A stretch of DNA of 63,956 bases, filler included, from Aduncisulcus paluster (lineage: Eukaryota), in the NCBI GenBank assembly GCA_024181965.1. It is 7 parts of 7 records of this genome, joined end to end, with 100 filler letters (N's around TTAATTAATTAA, not from the genome) between each part and the next. Parts side by side here need not be neighbours in the genome. Positions count along the whole stretch, not along the records: positions 56,859 to 63,956 come from BQXS01011227.1; 6 more parts are not named here. The stretch is one strand, 5' to 3'. The translations under genes and the position numbers were made by a program. Under the pieces are notes generated by a model. The model searched no databases and was not told the origin of the DNA. It was given only the letters and a program-made list of their open reading frames with translations. Shown in pieces: positions 61,501 through 63,956 of this stretch (its first letter is position 1; every line of letters starts with the position of its first letter).

Positions 61501-62573
61501 TCAAGAGAAACACAGCTCACGAGAGTATTTGTTAAAGTTTCTGCATCGAAGCATACAGTTCCGTCGACAATTAATTTTTTGAGGAGAGACATCTGAATAT
61601 ACGGAACTTTACATTTGGATTGAGAACGAATTGTCATTTCCTTAACACAATCGTGTTTGAGGACAAACTTTCCTCGAGAAGATTGTGTATTGATTGTAAG
61701 TGTGAGAAGAGATAAATGTGGAAATAATGAAAGACACTTTGAAATACAGCCTTCAGAATGTTCTTCACTCCCAACAAGGCATACAGCATTGATTTTGGTG
61801 ACATGAGGGATAGAAAATACAACCTTGGGAGATGTTTCTGCTGATGAATCATCAAGGGCAGAAATATTCTTTCCTCGGCCTTTGGCGCGAAATGTTTGGG
61901 TTTGTCGACCACGTTGCTTGGCGCTATCACTGAGTTCACGCCAGCATTCCTCACAGAATAAAACAGCCTTTTCAACTGTGAGTTGTCTAAGAGTTTTAAT
62001 ATGTTTAATGATGTTGAAGAATGGTTGGTACTCAAGAGAAAATGAAGTAAGGGTAAGAGACACAAGATGTTCAAACGAATAAGAAAGTTGATGAGGAATT
62101 GAGGATAAGGTGAGATGTTTAAGAGAATGGGAATTTTTACGGAGAATAGTCGGAAGATGATCTTGTTCTGGACCTGGTAATGCGGCATGATCAAATGTTT
62201 CAAGAGAATCTTTTTTCATGAGCCTGAAAAAAAACTTGGATTCATCTACACAAGAATGAGCCAGAAACTTTGTATCTACGGTGGTAATATTCTTTAAAAC
62301 ACCTTTTGCTATATGATATAATCTCCGATTTACATTCATCATTTTTATGAGAGAGCTCAAATTACAATTTTGACATATGAGGCGGAGAACGGAAGATGAG
62401 AAAGGTAAATGCTTTGGAGTAGTTCCTGAATCAATTACAAGTGGTGGAAGTGGAGGAGTTATGCTAATATCTGGGGTGATATTAAGTAAATCACCTATTG
62501 TTGCTTGTTGAGTATCAGCACTTGCATATGCATTATCTGTGGTCGGAAACGAATACCAATCACTATGATTCAT
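58536..62573 (-). CDS. F-box/LRR-like protein with acidic and GK-repeat inserts; 60896-61074 duplicated across the gap
   Basis: SSVLRLICQNCNLSSLIKMMNVNRRLY F-box-like motif; LxxLxL repeats. Confidence 0.7.
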   Translation of the reverse strand: MNHSDWYSFPTTDNAYASADTQQATIGDLLNITPDISITPPLPPLVIDSGTTPKHLPFSSSVLRLICQNCNLSSLIKMMNVNRRLYHIAKGVLKNITTVDTKFLAHSCVDESKFFFRLMKKDSLETFDHAALPGPEQDHLPTILRKNSHSLKHLTLSSIPHQLSYSFEHLVSLTLTSFSLEYQPFFNIIKHIKTLRQLTVEKAVLFCEECWRELSDSAKQRGRQTQTFRAKGRGKNISALDDSSAETSPKVVFSIPHVTKINAVCLVGSEEHSEGCISKCLSLFPHLSLLTLTINTQSSRGKFVLKHDCVKEMTIRSQSKCKVPYIQMSLLKKLIVDGTVCFDAETLTNTLVSCVSLETFSVCVDDGLNLRNFGNSLCVRSCMKELSIRIPGLSATDDIVKCLLGSHAPSSHFSGFSQPKPFGLQSSRPSSKSLDGLHSHLSPNSTANSSSSSVLKEIESVPKILKSKNRSVSNKVVSQTNRYFSRHHQTIFKXXXXXXXDGLHSHLSPNSTANSSSSSVLKEIESVPKILKSKNRSVSNKVVSQTNRYFSRHHQTIFKHMDHLVLPFARLYVNVSCVKQIAHAFSSLTSVTIEGIVGNDVGIDLIYCFLVSCPFLSSLSLSGLSCKDALEQTSIEPQTWFNMSLVQNRCVDDFDIAQQSALMSQEYLSLPVPIVQHSKQQSPLHVIDPHSLAREKKDTMLAGNIIDARSHSIGGEGDLGSDKGEEERGHDGSSVHNHEEGDGHNNFSKGFRGKIISTGSGKRPMTTSTDISSTIEVSDQEEETTVEKDDKSYVRLWGQGYGKGKGKGKGKGKGKGKQPYIHSISDEEEEEEEEEEEEEEEEEEEEEPRRTGKKSEDMKKWKKDHRKKFRHSRSSSSSHSSDGYDEDDSEDEEIRQYNPRRKGMGRTCVQSPSSPSQPYDAFCSTESAYEFDGNPSTLSVDKKITVLAAAIRVAPDPYEIQLEDIVREEREKETRKIQEIKREEEEEEEERRRADLCSVPDSDDSVQNANESSDSSENPSVILPYIASSRESAQPSFDNDHPGGFVYDTDVHDTIENDFIFPGRNSCKRRHIATKDKDDLDDEDEIMYSDSREESMSLHKKHSMARDIESYSEAAVEQEERLFIQAQSSVQCVCGQLAKTSGFKHQHLKRLKLSCLDLKDELFDLLFQLGLSETLTHIWLERLSGITSIGVTLFLANQYVPYCMYVGKPNRIEMFKKVLKFVDKKTASDTLKSIDRRAGFETFPDFIAPQERLQDPPIPGETQLRSLTISMCPSVDSHVASGIVMCPSECLEQVQLLHIPFTSKQLKGMVTYGSKSIKQLVISGRSKGDKKKDSIIVSDVPFDMI

Positions 62574-63120
62574 TGTATAAATCTTTTATATATGTGGACT
62601 TTGCGAAGGATGACTCAAAACGACAGTAGAATTTTGTCAACTTCAAAATACTGGTTTATATCTCAATCCAATAAAATCAATGTAATATATAACGAAAATA
62701 GGATATAAATAGTAACTGTTTTGCATCATGAAAACCCTAGATTCCTGAAAAGCATTTCTGACCAATTGAGAACATAAATATCAGGATGATCATATGTCCA
62801 AGTAATAACAACGATTTTTACAAGATATTTGTCTAATTTCCTGAGTATATTCTCTCTGATCCCCTGAGAAAGAAAGTTCGTGCCTTTTTGAGCGTTACTA
62901 TGGAATTCCGAAATCATTTTCATGGTTATTTTCTCTAATACTCCCGTTTTCAAGCCATTTCTCGAACTCTTTATCTCTCTCCTGCTACCTTTGTCTTGAA
63001 CTGATGTCTGACGGTATCATGGCTGACGGGATAGAAGGCTCCAATTATAGTGGTTGGAATATTTGATTAATTGATTCCTTTTTTCGTTACACTATCCAAA
63101 ACTAATTACCTTTATTCACA

Positions 63121-63678
63121 ATGGGAAGTCTTATTGCCAAATTATTCAAATTCAAACGTGACGTCAACATCACTCTTGTTGGTCTTGATGCCAGTGGTAA
63201 GACCACTGCTCTATATAAACTCAAGCTTGGTGAAGCAACAGCCACTCAGCCCACCATTGGATTCAATCTTGAAACTGTCGAATACAAGAACCTGTCCTTC
63301 AACGTGTATGATATTGGAGGCCAGCACAAACTTCGTCCCATGTGGCATTACTACTATTCCGGTGCCGATGCTCTTATTTACATGATGGATTCTTCTGATC
63401 TTGATGATGAGCGTCTCGAGGAAGCCAGAGCTTCTTTCTATGACATGATAACTTCTGACAAGGCTGCTGGTGTGCCTGTCCTTGTGTACGCCAATAAGCA
63501 AGACGTTCCTCATGCCATCTCCCCCGAAGGAGTCACCAGGAACCTTGGACTCCTCAAAGTGCATGACCGTCCTTGGCATGTTCAAGGTGCTTGTGCTCGC
63601 TCCGGAGAAGGTCTTTATGAAGGTCTCGAATGGTTGTCTGCAGAGCTGAAGAAACAAAAGAAAAGGTCAAGGAAATGA
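63121..63678 (+). CDS. ARF-family small GTPase
   Basis: MG myristoylation start, [25 protein letters not shown]. Confidence 0.95.
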   Translation: MGSLIAKLFKFKRDVNITLVGLDASGKTTALYKLKLGEATATQPTIGFNLETVEYKNLSFNVYDIGGQHKLRPMWHYYYSGADALIYMMDSSDLDDERLEEARASFYDMITSDKAAGVPVLVYANKQDVPHAISPEGVTRNLGLLKVHDRPWHVQGACARSGEGLYEGLEWLSAELKKQKKRSRK

Positions 63679-63956
63679 TTGTTACAAGCTAATGTTGTTT
63701 ATGTTTATTATCATTTCTATTTCAAACATTTCCTTCAATTATCTGTTTGATATTTTCTCGCACATCTCTTCAATCTCTTCAAGCTTTTTTCTAAATGACA
63801 GATTCCTCGAATTTGTTAAATTAACATCACATTTTACTTTCTCTATTGAATTATGTCCCCATCTTATTCCTTTGAATTCGTTTCCAAGCTATGGGTCGAG
63901 ATATCAATAGGAAGGCCTCAATGGATCGTCAGATCTGACTCACAATAAATAAGCAA

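Overview
AT-rich, gene-dense, intron-poor eukaryotic DNA read in the standard genetic code. It is probably a free-living fornicate metamonad of the Aduncisulcus/Carpediemonas type, which is an inference from protein divergence and a lineage-specific repeated gene family. The window is not one locus: it is seven contigs joined by artificial 100-nt N44-TTAATTAATTAA-N44 linkers, with four 20-N gaps flanked by duplicated sequence. It holds about 30 protein genes (LCB2, histone H4, MBF1, SerRS, RPL9, CDC48/p97, CK1/TTBK kinase, NEMF/Rqc2, EGF-repeat protein, beta-tubulin, KTI12, GPD, cathepsin C, RhoGAP, WD40, 5'-nucleotidase, PiT transporter, degenerate ABC transporter, F-box/LRR, ARF-family GTPase), tRNA-Val(CAC), tRNA-Lys(CTT) and decayed transposon relics. 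The best finding is a hidden minus-strand gene at 48554-48769 that the ORF track misses. A lone ATG splices across a 75-nt GT-AG intron to give a 46-aa peptide, M-C-UGA-YLAAICCP..., and about 40 nt after its stop lies a well-formed type II SECIS. This is a candidate novel micro-selenoprotein. Also notable: most detectable introns sit in 5'UTRs 0-22 nt before the ATG, H4 lacks K20, there are two structured ncRNA-like islands and an IS630-like transposase relic, and three genes carry +1 frameshifts.
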